NCBI GenBank assembly: GCA_964603585.1
Contig: CAZRVK010000004.1
Location: forward strand, 438-64,437
Length of the DNA stretch: 64,000 nucleotides
Direction of reading: 5' to 3'
DNA from: an uncultured Planctomycetales bacterium
GTDB lineage: Bacteria; Omnitrophota; Gorgyraeia; Gygaellales; Profunditerraquicolaceae
Within the stretch, counting starts at the first letter, position 1; each line of letters begins with the position of its first letter. Below are positions 28,620-39,085 of the stretch, one piece after another. The notes beneath the pieces are model-generated. The model had not been told where the DNA came from, did not search any database, and saw only the letters and a program-made list of their open reading frames with translations. A program made the translations under genes and the position numbers.

Positions 28620-29616
28620 ATTTTCCATATCCCTTCCCGTATTTAATTCCGCAAAGTACCTGGGGCCCTGCCTGGAGTCGATTTTCCGGCAGGATTATCC
28701 GCAAGACTTGGTTGAGGTCCTGGTTGTCGATGGCGGTTCCAGCGATAATACCTTAGAGATCGCACGTAAATATAATACGCGGATTTTGCATAATTCCAAA
28801 CGTCTTGGTGAATATGGGATGCAGATTGCGGTAGAAAATTCAACCGGAGAACTCCTGGTTTTATTTGCCGCAGATAACGGTTTGGCCGGGAGGGATTGGC
28901 TGAAGAATGTTTCGGCAATGTTTGAAAAACACAAGGATATGTCCTGTGCCTGGGGTAAAATGGTGGCGGCAGAGAATGATCCGGCGGTCATGCATTATTA
29001 TGAATTGATCCAAAGCGAGCCATTAGCCCAGTTCCTCAATCGTAATCTCGATGATTACCTTAAAACGGCGAAAATCGAGGAAAATAGAGGTTTGCAGTAC
29101 CTAACCTTTGAGGTTAATCCCCGAAAACCCCTTTGCTGGGGAGCTAACGGAATAGTTTACCGGATGAAAGATGCCCGTCATCTATTCTTAGGCCCAAAGT
29201 ATATCGGTGATAACGAGATATTTCAATATATGGTTGAAAGCGGGAAAAACAAGGTCGCTTATGCAAAAGGATTGCATATTTATCATCATACTGTGGATTC
29301 GGTTTGGCATTGGGTTAAGAAGTGGAAGAGAAACTTCGTTCAAATTTTCCTGGTGACCCGGCATGAACGCCGGATCGATTGGTTCTATTACGGGAATTTC
29401 AAGCTTAAGATGGTCCTATGGTTGATTTACAGCCTGGTCCCGGTTTTTTCCATCGCACATGCATTATATCTGGCGATACGCGACAAGAATATTTACTGGT
29501 TTTATCATCCTTTAATGTGTTTTCTACAGAGCCTGACGTATATCTTCTGGACCCTGGCTTTGCCGCAGGGACGTAAGGCTTTATGGGAACATATATTTCG
29601 CCGTAAACTCGCATGA
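28606..29616 (+). CDS. Glycosyltransferase family 2 with C-terminal TM helices
   Basis: ISLPVFNSAKYL, the DGGSSD motif and a hydrophobic C-terminus. Confidence 0.7.
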   Translation: MPPFKFSISLPVFNSAKYLGPCLESIFRQDYPQDLVEVLVVDGGSSDNTLEIARKYNTRILHNSKRLGEYGMQIAVENSTGELLVLFAADNGLAGRDWLKNVSAMFEKHKDMSCAWGKMVAAENDPAVMHYYELIQSEPLAQFLNRNLDDYLKTAKIEENRGLQYLTFEVNPRKPLCWGANGIVYRMKDARHLFLGPKYIGDNEIFQYMVESGKNKVAYAKGLHIYHHTVDSVWHWVKKWKRNFVQIFLVTRHERRIDWFYYGNFKLKMVLWLIYSLVPVFSIAHALYLAIRDKNIYWFYHPLMCFLQSLTYIFWTLALPQGRKALWEHIFRRKLA

Positions 29617-31475
29617 ATAATATACAGGTAAGAAACAGTAAAAGATATTGTTTGCTTTTCATATTGCTCGGTGGTTTACTCCTTAGGCTTTTTAGCCTTA
29701 ATTCCGGTCTGCCTTATCTTTTTGGCCCGGATGAAACAAGGCAGATTTTGGATTCCCTTTCCATGGCTTCTCGTAAAAGCCTGGTGCCAATAGAATATAC
29801 TTATCCGGCATTGCATAAATACCTGCTTTTAATCACCTTTGGTGTATATTTTATCGCAGGAGTTATCGTTAGGTTATTCTCCAGCGTTGATGATTTTACT
29901 TTAAAATTTTTCAAAGACCCGGGGAATATATTCCTACTGGGCAGGATATTAAGTGTCATTTTCGGCCTTTTGATAATGATCCCGTCGTATCTCGCCGGAA
30001 GGCGGCTGCATTCTCCGGGCGCCGGGGTCATTGCGGCCTTATTCTCGGTTTTTATGTTCAGCCTGACTGCGCATTCACAGTGGGCTACTGCTGACATTAT
30101 GCTGGCTTTTCTATCCGCCATGGCGTTTTATTACATCCTTGGTTATGTGAAAGACGAAAGGCCCCGGGACCTCTTATTAGCGGGGATGTTCATCGGGCTG
30201 GCATCAGCAACTAAATATCAAGGGATGTATTTATTGGCGCCTTTATGCGCTGCGGTAATGTTAAATTTATTCCGGGTCGGCAATAAACGACTGGTTTTTA
30301 AATCAACTGTTCTGGCGCTGGTTATTATCTCTATATTTGTAATCATTGGTAATCTAAGCTTTATTTTTAAATTTAAAGAAAGCCTGCAACGGCTCATTGA
30401 GATAAAAGATGAGACGATGGGGATCTCATCGTTGGCGCCTTTTCAGAACAGTTACTTGAGTGTGTCCGCTTGGTTTATTAAGGAACTGATCCGTCAGGAA
30501 ACCTTGCTTGGGATCACTCTGGTGTTAGGGATATTTTATTCTCTTTACAGGCATTGCCGCCAGGACCTGGTTTTTCTGGCTTACCTGGGGTTTTGCCTGT
30601 TTTCGATTGTGGGGTTTGGTTTTCGTTCTTTACATATCCTGGTATATACATTCCCGGTTATTTGTGTTTTCGCCGCCCGGTTCTTAAGCGAAATGTCCGA
30701 GTTTTTATTAAAGGGTAAATACAGGTTTTCCTATCCCTTTCTTGCGGCAGTGGCCATTGTCATTCCCTCCGTGAATCAAGCAGTGATCTGGGATATAAAA
30801 AGGTCAAATCCAGATACCCGGATATTGGCCAGGGATTGGGTTTATCAAAATATCCCTTTGGGGACAAAGATCGCCGAAGATTGGTATGATTTCTCGGTTC
30901 CTTTGAACAGTGATGTTCCTTTATTATTCCGCGATGAAAAGCTTAAGAATGCCTATATGCAGGGATTCAGCGAAGGTTTTCGCAACCGGTATCTGGAATA
31001 TTCCGATATTAAAGGACGGTATGATCTATTGCAGGTCCGTTATGAGGCGGCCCAGCCTTTCTGGCCGGAAGATATGCCGGCAGATGCCAGGTTTCAGGCA
31101 GAATCGATTCCCCTGGTAAAGCGCTTATATCGCTGGTTTAATTTCCGTAGCCTTAATGAGCTTAAGGAAGCGGGAGTAAAATATATAATCATCTCCAGCT
31201 ATGCCTATAACCACTTTTTACTCGATGATGACCCGCGGAAAAGTTCAGGGTTGTTTAACCCGTATATGCTTGAGGATACATTAAGTAGTAACCGCCAGGC
31301 CGTAGAATATCATCCAGGATCGCGGCACGGGTTGCTTTTTTATCTGGCCAAAAGGGCAAGGGATTTCTATTTACCTCTATTGGATATGCAAGATGAAAAT
31401 TTGCAATTGGTCAAGACAATAGTCCCGGGGAATATGAATTGCGGCCCCGAGATCAGGATATTTATTTTAAAATAG
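29613..31475 (+). CDS. GT-C-fold membrane glycosyltransferase (ArnT / PMT-like, GT39/GT83-type)
   Basis: About 11 TM helices with a DE motif in the first periplasmic loop (LFGPDETRQ). Has a soluble C-terminal domain. 620 aa. Confidence 0.65.
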   Translation: MNNIQVRNSKRYCLLFILLGGLLLRLFSLNSGLPYLFGPDETRQILDSLSMASRKSLVPIEYTYPALHKYLLLITFGVYFIAGVIVRLFSSVDDFTLKFFKDPGNIFLLGRILSVIFGLLIMIPSYLAGRRLHSPGAGVIAALFSVFMFSLTAHSQWATADIMLAFLSAMAFYYILGYVKDERPRDLLLAGMFIGLASATKYQGMYLLAPLCAAVMLNLFRVGNKRLVFKSTVLALVIISIFVIIGNLSFIFKFKESLQRLIEIKDETMGISSLAPFQNSYLSVSAWFIKELIRQETLLGITLVLGIFYSLYRHCRQDLVFLAYLGFCLFSIVGFGFRSLHILVYTFPVICVFAARFLSEMSEFLLKGKYRFSYPFLAAVAIVIPSVNQAVIWDIKRSNPDTRILARDWVYQNIPLGTKIAEDWYDFSVPLNSDVPLLFRDEKLKNAYMQGFSEGFRNRYLEYSDIKGRYDLLQVRYEAAQPFWPEDMPADARFQAESIPLVKRLYRWFNFRSLNELKEAGVKYIIISSYAYNHFLLDDDPRKSSGLFNPYMLEDTLSSNRQAVEYHPGSRHGLLFYLAKRARDFYLPLLDMQDENLQLVKTIVPGNMNCGPEIRIFILK

Positions 31476-31486
31476 GATAAAAAAAC

Positions 31487-32470
31487 GTGGAAGAAATACC
31501 AAAAGTCAGTATAATTATAACTAACTTTAACGGTAAGAAATATTTGTCTAAATGCTTCGATTCCCTGAAAGAAGGTTCGTTTAAGGATTTCGAGCTGATT
31601 GTTGTGGATAATGGCTCATCGGATGGCAGCCAGGATTTTATAAGGAAGTATTATCCGGATGTTTTACTGATCGAACTGGGGGCAAATTTGGGCCTGGCCG
31701 TTGCCAGTAACCGGGGCAGGCAGGCAGCCCGAGGCGAGTACCTGTTCTTTTACAATAACGATACTGTTGCTGACCGCCGTATGCTCCAGGAGCTGGTAAA
31801 AACCATGGAGTCAAATCATCGCGTCGGGATCACAGGATGCAAAACCCTTACCTATGACGCTAAAAGAGAGATAAACTCCGGGGTCGAACTGGATATTTTT
31901 GGCTATCCCTATGGCCGGGGCAGGCCGTTTTATGTTGATGCGGCGATCTTTATCCGGGCCAGGGTGTTTGATGAGATCGGTGGCTTTGATCCCAGGCTTT
32001 TTCTATATTGCGAGGACCGGGATTTATGCTGGCGACTCCAGCTTTATGGCTATGATTTGGTAGTTTCCGAAGATGCAAAATTCCTCCACGATAGTTTTTG
32101 CGCCATCGATGAACATGGACGGTTAACTACTAATATAAAGAAGCGTTTTATGGGAGAGGCCTTTACTTTACGGATGCTTTTAAAGAATTACAGTCTTTTA
32201 ACCTTGCTTTGGATCTTGCCGGCGTATCTTTTTATCAATATAGCAGAAATTGTCTTTTTTCTTTTGACCTTTAAGTGGAAGGTTATTTTTTGTGTATATC
32301 TGAAGGCATATCTGTGGAATTTTGCTCATTTAGCGGACACCTTAGGCCTGCGTGCACGTATCCAGAGGCAAAGGAAGATAAGCGATAGTATCATTCAGAG
32401 CCGAATGTATAAAGGTTCGGGAAAGTTTCAATTGTTTAAAAAAGTAGGTGTCCCGAAGTTTGCGGGATAA
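31487..32470 (+). CDS. Glycosyltransferase family 2 (GTG start)
   Basis: VSIIITNFNG, VVDNGSSDGS and C-terminal TM segments. No in-frame ATG nearby, so GTG at 31487 is taken as the start. Confidence 0.75.
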   Translation: MEEIPKVSIIITNFNGKKYLSKCFDSLKEGSFKDFELIVVDNGSSDGSQDFIRKYYPDVLLIELGANLGLAVASNRGRQAARGEYLFFYNNDTVADRRMLQELVKTMESNHRVGITGCKTLTYDAKREINSGVELDIFGYPYGRGRPFYVDAAIFIRARVFDEIGGFDPRLFLYCEDRDLCWRLQLYGYDLVVSEDAKFLHDSFCAIDEHGRLTTNIKKRFMGEAFTLRMLLKNYSLLTLLWILPAYLFINIAEIVFFLLTFKWKVIFCVYLKAYLWNFAHLADTLGLRARIQRQRKISDSIIQSRMYKGSGKFQLFKKVGVPKFAG

Positions 32471-32486
32471 ACTAAACTAAAAAAAT

Positions 32487-33209
32487 ATGGAAAATGAAAT
32501 TTCAGTGGTAATGCCGGCGTTTAATGAAGAGGCAAATATCGAGAAAACCGTGCATGATTGTTTTTTTGCGCTGAAAAAACTTGGCATCAAGGGAGAGGTA
32601 GTGGTTACCGATGATGGTTCAACCGATAATACCAGGAATGTCATTAAACGTCTGCAGACAGAGTATCCGGCGCTTAAATTGGTGGTACATGAAAAAAATG
32701 CCGGTTATGGCGAATCATTGAAGGATGCGATCCTTGCGGCAACGGGCAAATATATCGTCAGTATCGATTCAGACGGTCAGTTCGATATCGCAGAAGTCCC
32801 ACTTCTGATAGCACAGAAGAATAAAGGCTATGATGTGATCGCCGGTTACCGAAAGAAAAAACAGGATTCCGCTTTTAAGGTTTTTGCCGACCGGGGTTTA
32901 AATCTGATTATGCGTATTCTTTTTGGCGTCTCTTACCGTGATACCAATTGTGCCTTTAAATTATACAGCCCAGGGATATTGGATCGGATCACTATTGAAG
33001 CCAGAGGTTATCAGGCTCCTACCGAGATCCTGATGAAACTGCATACTCTGGGAATAAAGATCTCGGAGGTCGGAGTAACCCATTTTGCCAGAGAAAAAGG
33101 CAAATCTGCACTTAGCCCGTTTCGCACCATCCGGGCAATGATCCTATTCTTAGTCTATTTACGGCTAAAGATTTCGCTTTACCGCAAACGGATAATTAAA
33201 AATCTGTAA
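32487..33209 (+). CDS. Polyprenyl-phosphate glycosyltransferase (GT2; DPM1/GtrB/ArnC-like)
   Basis: ISVVMPAFNEE, TDDGSTDNT and SIDSDGQFD with a single C-terminal TM segment. 240 aa. Confidence 0.8.
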   Translation: MENEISVVMPAFNEEANIEKTVHDCFFALKKLGIKGEVVVTDDGSTDNTRNVIKRLQTEYPALKLVVHEKNAGYGESLKDAILAATGKYIVSIDSDGQFDIAEVPLLIAQKNKGYDVIAGYRKKKQDSAFKVFADRGLNLIMRILFGVSYRDTNCAFKLYSPGILDRITIEARGYQAPTEILMKLHTLGIKISEVGVTHFAREKGKSALSPFRTIRAMILFLVYLRLKISLYRKRIIKNL

Positions 33210-33223
33210 AAATCGGAGAAAAA

Positions 33224-34192
33224 ATGAAGCAGATGGATAAAAAACCTTATGGAGTGATTTTAGCGGCTGGCAAGGGCCAGAGGATTACTCCGCTTAGCTT
33301 TAAGGTGCCTAAGCCTTTGCTTTGTATCTGCAATAAACCGATCATTCAGTATCAGATCGAGAGTATGTCTAATCTCGGGATCAAAGAGTTCATTATCGTT
33401 GTCGGGCACCTGAAAGAGAGTATCCAGGAATATTTTGGCGATGGTTCATCTTTGGGGGTAAAGATAAAATACGTTGAGCAAAAAGAGAAGCTAGGGATCG
33501 CCCATGCCATCGGCCAATTAGAAGACCATCTGGACAAGCCGTTTTTACTTTTTCTGGGAGATATTTTCTTTGTTCCGAAGAACCTGGGGTTAATGCTTGA
33601 AATATTTTATAAAAGGCATGCGGGTGCGGTATTGGCGGTTAAAAAAGAATCCGACCCGAATTCCATCCGCAAGAATTTTACCGTTATCCTTGGCGACAAA
33701 GCGCAAAGGGTGACCCGGGTGATCGAAAAACCGAGGTATCTTTCGACAAACCTTAAGGGTTGCGGGATCTACCTGTTTGATCTGGCGATCTTCGATGCCA
33801 TCCGCAATACCCCGCGCACGGCTATGCGCGATGAATATGAGATTACTACCGCTATTCAGATTTTGATCGAAGAACAATCACTTGTCTATGCTGCCGATGT
33901 GATTGAATGGGATATGAATGTTACTGTGCCCTGCGATCTGGTGAAGTGCAATCAAAAATGGCTAAAAAAAATCGGGCAGAGATCTGTTGTCGATCCCACT
34001 GCGCGCCTTCATCAGGGGGTGCGGGTGATCAATTCTGTAGTTGGGCGGAATGTTGTGATTAATAACCCGGTTACTGTAAAGAATTCCGTTATCCTGGACG
34101 GGGTCAGGATAAATAAGCCTGCGGATATCACTAACAGCCTTGTGGCCGGAGATTTTTCTGTTATTTGCGATGATTTAGAGGTGGGATCATGA
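33224..34192 (+). CDS. Sugar-phosphate nucleotidyltransferase with C-terminal left-handed beta-helix (hexapeptide) domain
   Basis: GVILAAGKGQRITPL N-terminal motif and C-terminal hexapeptide repeats (VVGRNVVINNPVTVKNSVILDGVRI). Confidence 0.7.
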   Translation: MKQMDKKPYGVILAAGKGQRITPLSFKVPKPLLCICNKPIIQYQIESMSNLGIKEFIIVVGHLKESIQEYFGDGSSLGVKIKYVEQKEKLGIAHAIGQLEDHLDKPFLLFLGDIFFVPKNLGLMLEIFYKRHAGAVLAVKKESDPNSIRKNFTVILGDKAQRVTRVIEKPRYLSTNLKGCGIYLFDLAIFDAIRNTPRTAMRDEYEITTAIQILIEEQSLVYAADVIEWDMNVTVPCDLVKCNQKWLKKIGQRSVVDPTARLHQGVRVINSVVGRNVVINNPVTVKNSVILDGVRINKPADITNSLVAGDFSVICDDLEVGS

Positions 34193-35109
34193 GATATAAA
34201 AGGGCTTTGGTAACCGGCGGGGCGGGGTTTATCGGTTCTCATATTGTTGAACGTTTGGTTTCGATGGGGATCCATACTACTGTCATAGACGATCTTTCGA
34301 TGGGGAAAAAAGAGAATCTTCCGCAAAAAGCCAAATTAGTAGCCGCCGATATTTTGGATTATAAAGCGTTGAAAAAGGCGATGAAAGGGGTTGAGATAGT
34401 TTTTCACGAAGCGGCCCGGGTGAGTATCCGTAACTCTTTTAATGATTTCTATCGCGATGCCGAAGTAAACCTGATGGGTACGGTAAATGTGCTAAAGACG
34501 ATGATAGAGAATAAAGTAAAGAAAATAATCTATGCTTCATCAATGGCTGTTTACGGAAAGAATCTCCTGCCGATAAAGGAGAATGGTTTGCTCGCTCCGA
34601 TTTCTCCGTATGGAGTAGGAAAGCTTGCCTCGGAGAAATATTGCCTTTTGATGGGGAAGGCGTATGGTTTTGATACGGTGGCCTTAAGGTATTTTAATAC
34701 CTATGGCCCGCGCCAAACCCTTACTCCTTATGTGGGTGTAATTACTATCTTTATTGACCGTCTGCTGAAAAACCAGCCTTTGGTCATTTTTGGCAATGGC
34801 CGGCAGACACGTGATTTTATCCATGTAAGCGATATCGCAAACGCCAATATATTGGCTATGGAATCTTCTCTTAGATCCGAGGTGGTTAACGTCGGTACTG
34901 GCGCCGGCACAACGGTTAACCAGATAGCCAGTATGTTAAAGAATAAGATCGACCCTGGGGCAAAAATAAAATATCTTTCGCCTCGCATCGGGGAACCGGC
35001 AGATTCAGTGGCGGCGGTTTCAAAGGCGCAAAGGTTGATCGGGTTTAAGGCACGTTTTTCTCTGAACGATAAGATCGATGAGGTTATCGAGGATTTAAGG
35101 AAAAGATGA
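34189..35109 (+). CDS. NAD-dependent epimerase/dehydratase (GalE-like)
   Basis: [20 protein letters not shown] and YGVGKLASE (YxxxK). 306 aa. Confidence 0.85.
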   Translation: MRYKRALVTGGAGFIGSHIVERLVSMGIHTTVIDDLSMGKKENLPQKAKLVAADILDYKALKKAMKGVEIVFHEAARVSIRNSFNDFYRDAEVNLMGTVNVLKTMIENKVKKIIYASSMAVYGKNLLPIKENGLLAPISPYGVGKLASEKYCLLMGKAYGFDTVALRYFNTYGPRQTLTPYVGVITIFIDRLLKNQPLVIFGNGRQTRDFIHVSDIANANILAMESSLRSEVVNVGTGAGTTVNQIASMLKNKIDPGAKIKYLSPRIGEPADSVAAVSKAQRLIGFKARFSLNDKIDEVIEDLRKR

Positions 35110-36506
35110 AAATACTCCTCGTGGCTCCTTATAAAGCCTCATATCTGGGATTGGCCAAATTCCCTCCGATTGGCCTGGGGTATTTAGCCGGCGCTTTAAG
35201 AAAGAAAGGGTATGAACCGGTAATTTTGGATTGCCTTAAGGAAAATATCGATAGTTCCGGGTACCGCCAGTATTTAGAACAGCATAAGCCGGATATTGTC
35301 GGGATAAATTCCTGGTCTTTGTCAGTTAAAGAGGTTAAAGAGATACTGGAAATAACAAAAAGTGTGGATGGCAATATAATTACGATCGTTGGCGGGCCGC
35401 ATCCTTCAGCCGTGCCTCTTGAGGCAATGAGTTTTTTTTCCAGTGCGGATTTTGGATTTAGAGGGGAAGCCGAGGTTGGGCTGTCTTTATTTGTCGATAT
35501 TCTTTCCGGTAAATTAAAAAGCAGTTATTCGGATGTCCCCGGGCTTATTTATAAGGAAGGTAGCACCTGGGTTGTCAATCCGCAGTCCTTGCCGTATGAC
35601 CTGGACCAGTTCGATCTGGCATGGGACCTGGTTAAGCCCGAGGAGTATTGCACCCCCGGGGCGATCACGTCAGGACATACGGCCGCGATAATAACTACCC
35701 GCGGATGCCCGTTTATGTGCACTTTTTGTTCACCGCATATAATTGCCGGTCGGAAGGTAAGGAAAAGGTCAACGGAGAATGTAATCGCCGAAATACGCCT
35801 GCTAAAAGAAAAATACGGGATGAGAACCATCGCGATTATGGATGAAAACTTCACTTTTTACCGTGATCATGCTTATTCCTTATGCCAGAGGTTAGTTAAG
35901 GAGAAGATAAAGATCCGGCTGTTTTTACCTAACGGGATAAGGCTGGATACCCTGGATGAAGAGCTTTTAAAGACCATGCGCAGGGCTGGTTTTTCTTCCA
36001 GTGTTGCCGTGGGGATCGAATCCGGTTCCGAGCGTATTTTAAAAATGATCCGCAAGAACCTGAAGAAGGAAGTGGTTAAAGAAAAGATAAAGTTGATGAT
36101 AAAATGCGGATACCGGCCGATAGGGTATTTTATCCTGGGGTTTCCCGGCGAAACCGTAAATGAAATGTATGAGACTTTACGCTTTGCCAAGGAATTGCGA
36201 TTATTCCGGGCAGGTTTTTCTCCTTTATTGGTTTTACCGGGGACGGATATTTATAATGAGCTTAAAGCTAAAGGCGAATTACCAGCGGATTATGATTTTT
36301 CCCGGCTTGCGACCGATAATCTGACTTCTCCTCCGGAGGGGATTTCCCGGGAAGAATTCTATCGGATCAAAAAGGATATTATCTGGAAGTTTAACCTTCA
36401 GCCGCGGGTAATCCTGGATTATTTGCATGATTTTAATTCCTTTGTTTTTGCTTCGATTAAATTTAAAGAGATATTCTTGAAAAAACATAAAAATACGGGC
36501 AATTAA
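35106..36506 (+). CDS. B12-binding radical SAM protein (class B)
   Basis: N-terminal cobalamin-binding-like domain (KILLVAPY..PPIGLGYLAGAL) and the canonical CPFMCTFC (CxxxCxxC) radical SAM motif. Confidence 0.8.
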   Translation: MKILLVAPYKASYLGLAKFPPIGLGYLAGALRKKGYEPVILDCLKENIDSSGYRQYLEQHKPDIVGINSWSLSVKEVKEILEITKSVDGNIITIVGGPHPSAVPLEAMSFFSSADFGFRGEAEVGLSLFVDILSGKLKSSYSDVPGLIYKEGSTWVVNPQSLPYDLDQFDLAWDLVKPEEYCTPGAITSGHTAAIITTRGCPFMCTFCSPHIIAGRKVRKRSTENVIAEIRLLKEKYGMRTIAIMDENFTFYRDHAYSLCQRLVKEKIKIRLFLPNGIRLDTLDEELLKTMRRAGFSSSVAVGIESGSERILKMIRKNLKKEVVKEKIKLMIKCGYRPIGYFILGFPGETVNEMYETLRFAKELRLFRAGFSPLLVLPGTDIYNELKAKGELPADYDFSRLATDNLTSPPEGISREEFYRIKKDIIWKFNLQPRVILDYLHDFNSFVFASIKFKEIFLKKHKNTGN

Positions 36507-36528
36507 ATTTCAATATTAAGGAGTAGTG

Positions 36529-37848
36529 ATGAAACAATCGGAGAGTATATCGGTTATTGGCCTGGGTAAATTGGGATTATGCACGGCGGCTTGTTTTGCC
36601 AGTAAAGGGTTTAAGGTTGTAGGGGTAGATGTAGATATAGATAAGATCGCGAAAATAAATAAAGGGATATCGCCGATAGCCGAGACTGGTTTAACGGATT
36701 TACTCAAAGCTGCAAAGCATAATTTGCGTGCGACCGCCGATTATACAGATGCGATCTTAAATACCGGGGTATCATTTATTGTGGTAGCGACTCCCAGCCT
36801 TGCCGATGGGGCATTTTCGAACGAATACCTGGAAAAGGCCCTGCATAAAATAGGGGAGGTGTTAAAGAAAAAGGATGATTATCATTTGATCGTAGTAACC
36901 TCGACAGTTATGCCTGGAACCTGCGAGACTGTTGCAAAATTCATTTTAGAGAAAACTTCCGGTAAGGTATGCGGCAAGGGTTTTGGCCTGGCATATAACC
37001 CGGAATTTATCGCTTTAGGCAGTGTTATCCATGATTTTCTTAACCCTGACCTTATTTTAATCGGAGAAATGAACACAAAAGAAGGCAATACGCTTGAGAA
37101 TATATACCGGCGTACATGCGATAACCGTCCGTATTTCGCCCGGATGAGCTTGGTAAATGCCGAGATTACCAAGATCTCATTGAATTGCTATGTTACGACG
37201 AAAATTACTTTTGCCAATGCACTTGCAGGAATTTGTGAGAAAGTAAAAGGTGCGGATGCCAGCGTGGTTACGAAGGCGTTGGGTATGGATTCGCGTATTG
37301 GCAGTAAATACCTTCGTCCTGGTTTGGGTTTTGGCGGGCCATGTTTTCCCAGGGATAATGTGGCTTTCTCGGCTTTTGCCCGCAGGGCAGGGGTGCGTTC
37401 AAAACTGACCGAAATAGTTGATGAGGTCAATCGCGATCAAGCCGGCAGGGTGGTTGAAATGGTCGACAGGATGCTTTTGCCATTGACGAAAGATGTTTTG
37501 CCAAGCATAGCGGTGTTAGGCCTGGCGTATAAGCCTAATACTCCGATCATTGAAGATTCACAGGCCTTGTCGATTACGCAATTATTGGTAAGCCGCGGAT
37601 ATAAGGTCAGGGTGTATGATCCGCAGGCATTAGAAACCGCAAAATCTGTTTTGGGGGATACCGTAGAATATGCCGCAACTGCCAGTGAATGCATTAAAGG
37701 TGTGAGCCTTGCCGTTATCGCTCTGCCGTGTAAAGAGTTTAAAGAGGTGAATTTTGCGAAAATAAATAAAAATCTCCTTATTCTGGATTGCTGGGAGTTT
37801 TTGACCGGCAGTTCCGGGGTGAATATAAGATTTTTAGGAAAGTATTGA
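36529..37848 (+). CDS. Nucleotide-sugar dehydrogenase (UDP-glucose/GDP-mannose 6-dehydrogenase family)
   Basis: ISVIGLGKLG NAD-binding motif and GFGGPCFPRD at the catalytic Cys. ATG at 36529 (the track shows GTG at 36526), with an AAGGAG RBS. Confidence 0.85.
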   Translation: MKQSESISVIGLGKLGLCTAACFASKGFKVVGVDVDIDKIAKINKGISPIAETGLTDLLKAAKHNLRATADYTDAILNTGVSFIVVATPSLADGAFSNEYLEKALHKIGEVLKKKDDYHLIVVTSTVMPGTCETVAKFILEKTSGKVCGKGFGLAYNPEFIALGSVIHDFLNPDLILIGEMNTKEGNTLENIYRRTCDNRPYFARMSLVNAEITKISLNCYVTTKITFANALAGICEKVKGADASVVTKALGMDSRIGSKYLRPGLGFGGPCFPRDNVAFSAFARRAGVRSKLTEIVDEVNRDQAGRVVEMVDRMLLPLTKDVLPSIAVLGLAYKPNTPIIEDSQALSITQLLVSRGYKVRVYDPQALETAKSVLGDTVEYAATASECIKGVSLAVIALPCKEFKEVNFAKINKNLLILDCWEFLTGSSGVNIRFLGKY

Positions 37849-37858
37849 TTTCGTTTAA

Positions 37859-39085
37859 ATGTCCAGGATCCCTATAGTGCTATCTGACAGTAATGTTTTA
37901 TTATGCGGGCTCGCCTTTACCAGCCGGACGGAAACCGTTGAGGATTACCTAAAAGATAAGGTTAAATCCCTTACGGTTATTGCGCTTTCCAGTTGTTTTT
38001 TGAAAGAAAAGCTTAGTTTTTGCCGGGTTTATGAATTAGGCAGGCTTGTAAATAAGTTTCCGTTGCCGGCTTTTTTACTGAAGGATTATAAATGGTACCG
38101 CCAGCCGTTGGTATTGGTAGTATTTTTAGTCTATTTTGCCGCAATCTGCCAGGCGCTGGTTAAGGTTACGAAAAAGCATGATCTGTATATCGGGATCTCG
38201 CACTCCTTTGGCTTATGGGGGGCGATCTTTAAAAAACTCGGCCTGATCAGGCATTTGATCTATTATTGCATAGATTATTATGAACCTCTGAAGAAGTTTG
38301 AGTTTAACACGATTTTCGTTAAGATGATAAATGTCATTGACCGGTTTACCGTAAAGAATGCGGATATTGTTTGGGATCTCTCCGATAAGATCCCTTTAAA
38401 AAGAGAAGAACTTGGAAAGATCAAGATCGGTACTTATAAAGAAACAGTTGTCCCTTTAGGGTATTCCCGGCATATGCGCCAGTTTAAAGATTTTGGCCAG
38501 ATCAACCGCTGGCAGATCGGATTTGTCGGTTCTGTAAGCGAGAACCAGGGATTACAGCTTTTGGTTGAGGCGATGCCAAAGATCTTAGAGCGCCTGCCCA
38601 AAATAAATGTGGCGATCATCGGCCAGGGGCCGTATCTGGCTGAATTGAAGAGTATGGTAGCAGCTAAAGGCTTGAATGACAAATTCAAGTTTTATGGTTT
38701 TGTCCAGGAAGAAGAAAAGATGCTGAATATCCTTTCCGGGTGCGCGATCGGTGTAGCTTTATATATGGCCCCAAAAGAAGATTCTAATATCGCTTGCGCG
38801 GATACCGGAAAACCAAAATTGTATGCTTTCCTTGGCCTGCCGATAATTACTACCAGGGCATATATACGTCATGATGAGATCTCTTCTAATAAGGCGGGGC
38901 TCGCAATTGATTACGAGAGTACAGCTTTAGTTGATGCGGTTTGGCATCTTTTAAGTGATGATTCAAGATTGAAGAGTTTTAAGGACAATTCTTACCGTTT
39001 CGGAGAAGGATTTGTTTCGGATAAGATCTTTGATGCCGCGGTTCAGAAAATGGAAATGGGTGAAAATGGTCTACGACACAATTAA
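37859..39085 (+). CDS. Glycosyltransferase group 1 (GT4-like)
   Basis: C-terminal GT1/GT4 Rossmann domain (GFVGSVSENQGLQLL...INVAIIGQGP...GFV). Confidence 0.6.
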   Translation: MSRIPIVLSDSNVLLCGLAFTSRTETVEDYLKDKVKSLTVIALSSCFLKEKLSFCRVYELGRLVNKFPLPAFLLKDYKWYRQPLVLVVFLVYFAAICQALVKVTKKHDLYIGISHSFGLWGAIFKKLGLIRHLIYYCIDYYEPLKKFEFNTIFVKMINVIDRFTVKNADIVWDLSDKIPLKREELGKIKIGTYKETVVPLGYSRHMRQFKDFGQINRWQIGFVGSVSENQGLQLLVEAMPKILERLPKINVAIIGQGPYLAELKSMVAAKGLNDKFKFYGFVQEEEKMLNILSGCAIGVALYMAPKEDSNIACADTGKPKLYAFLGLPIITTRAYIRHDEISSNKAGLAIDYESTALVDAVWHLLSDDSRLKSFKDNSYRFGEGFVSDKIFDAAVQKMEMGENGLRHN

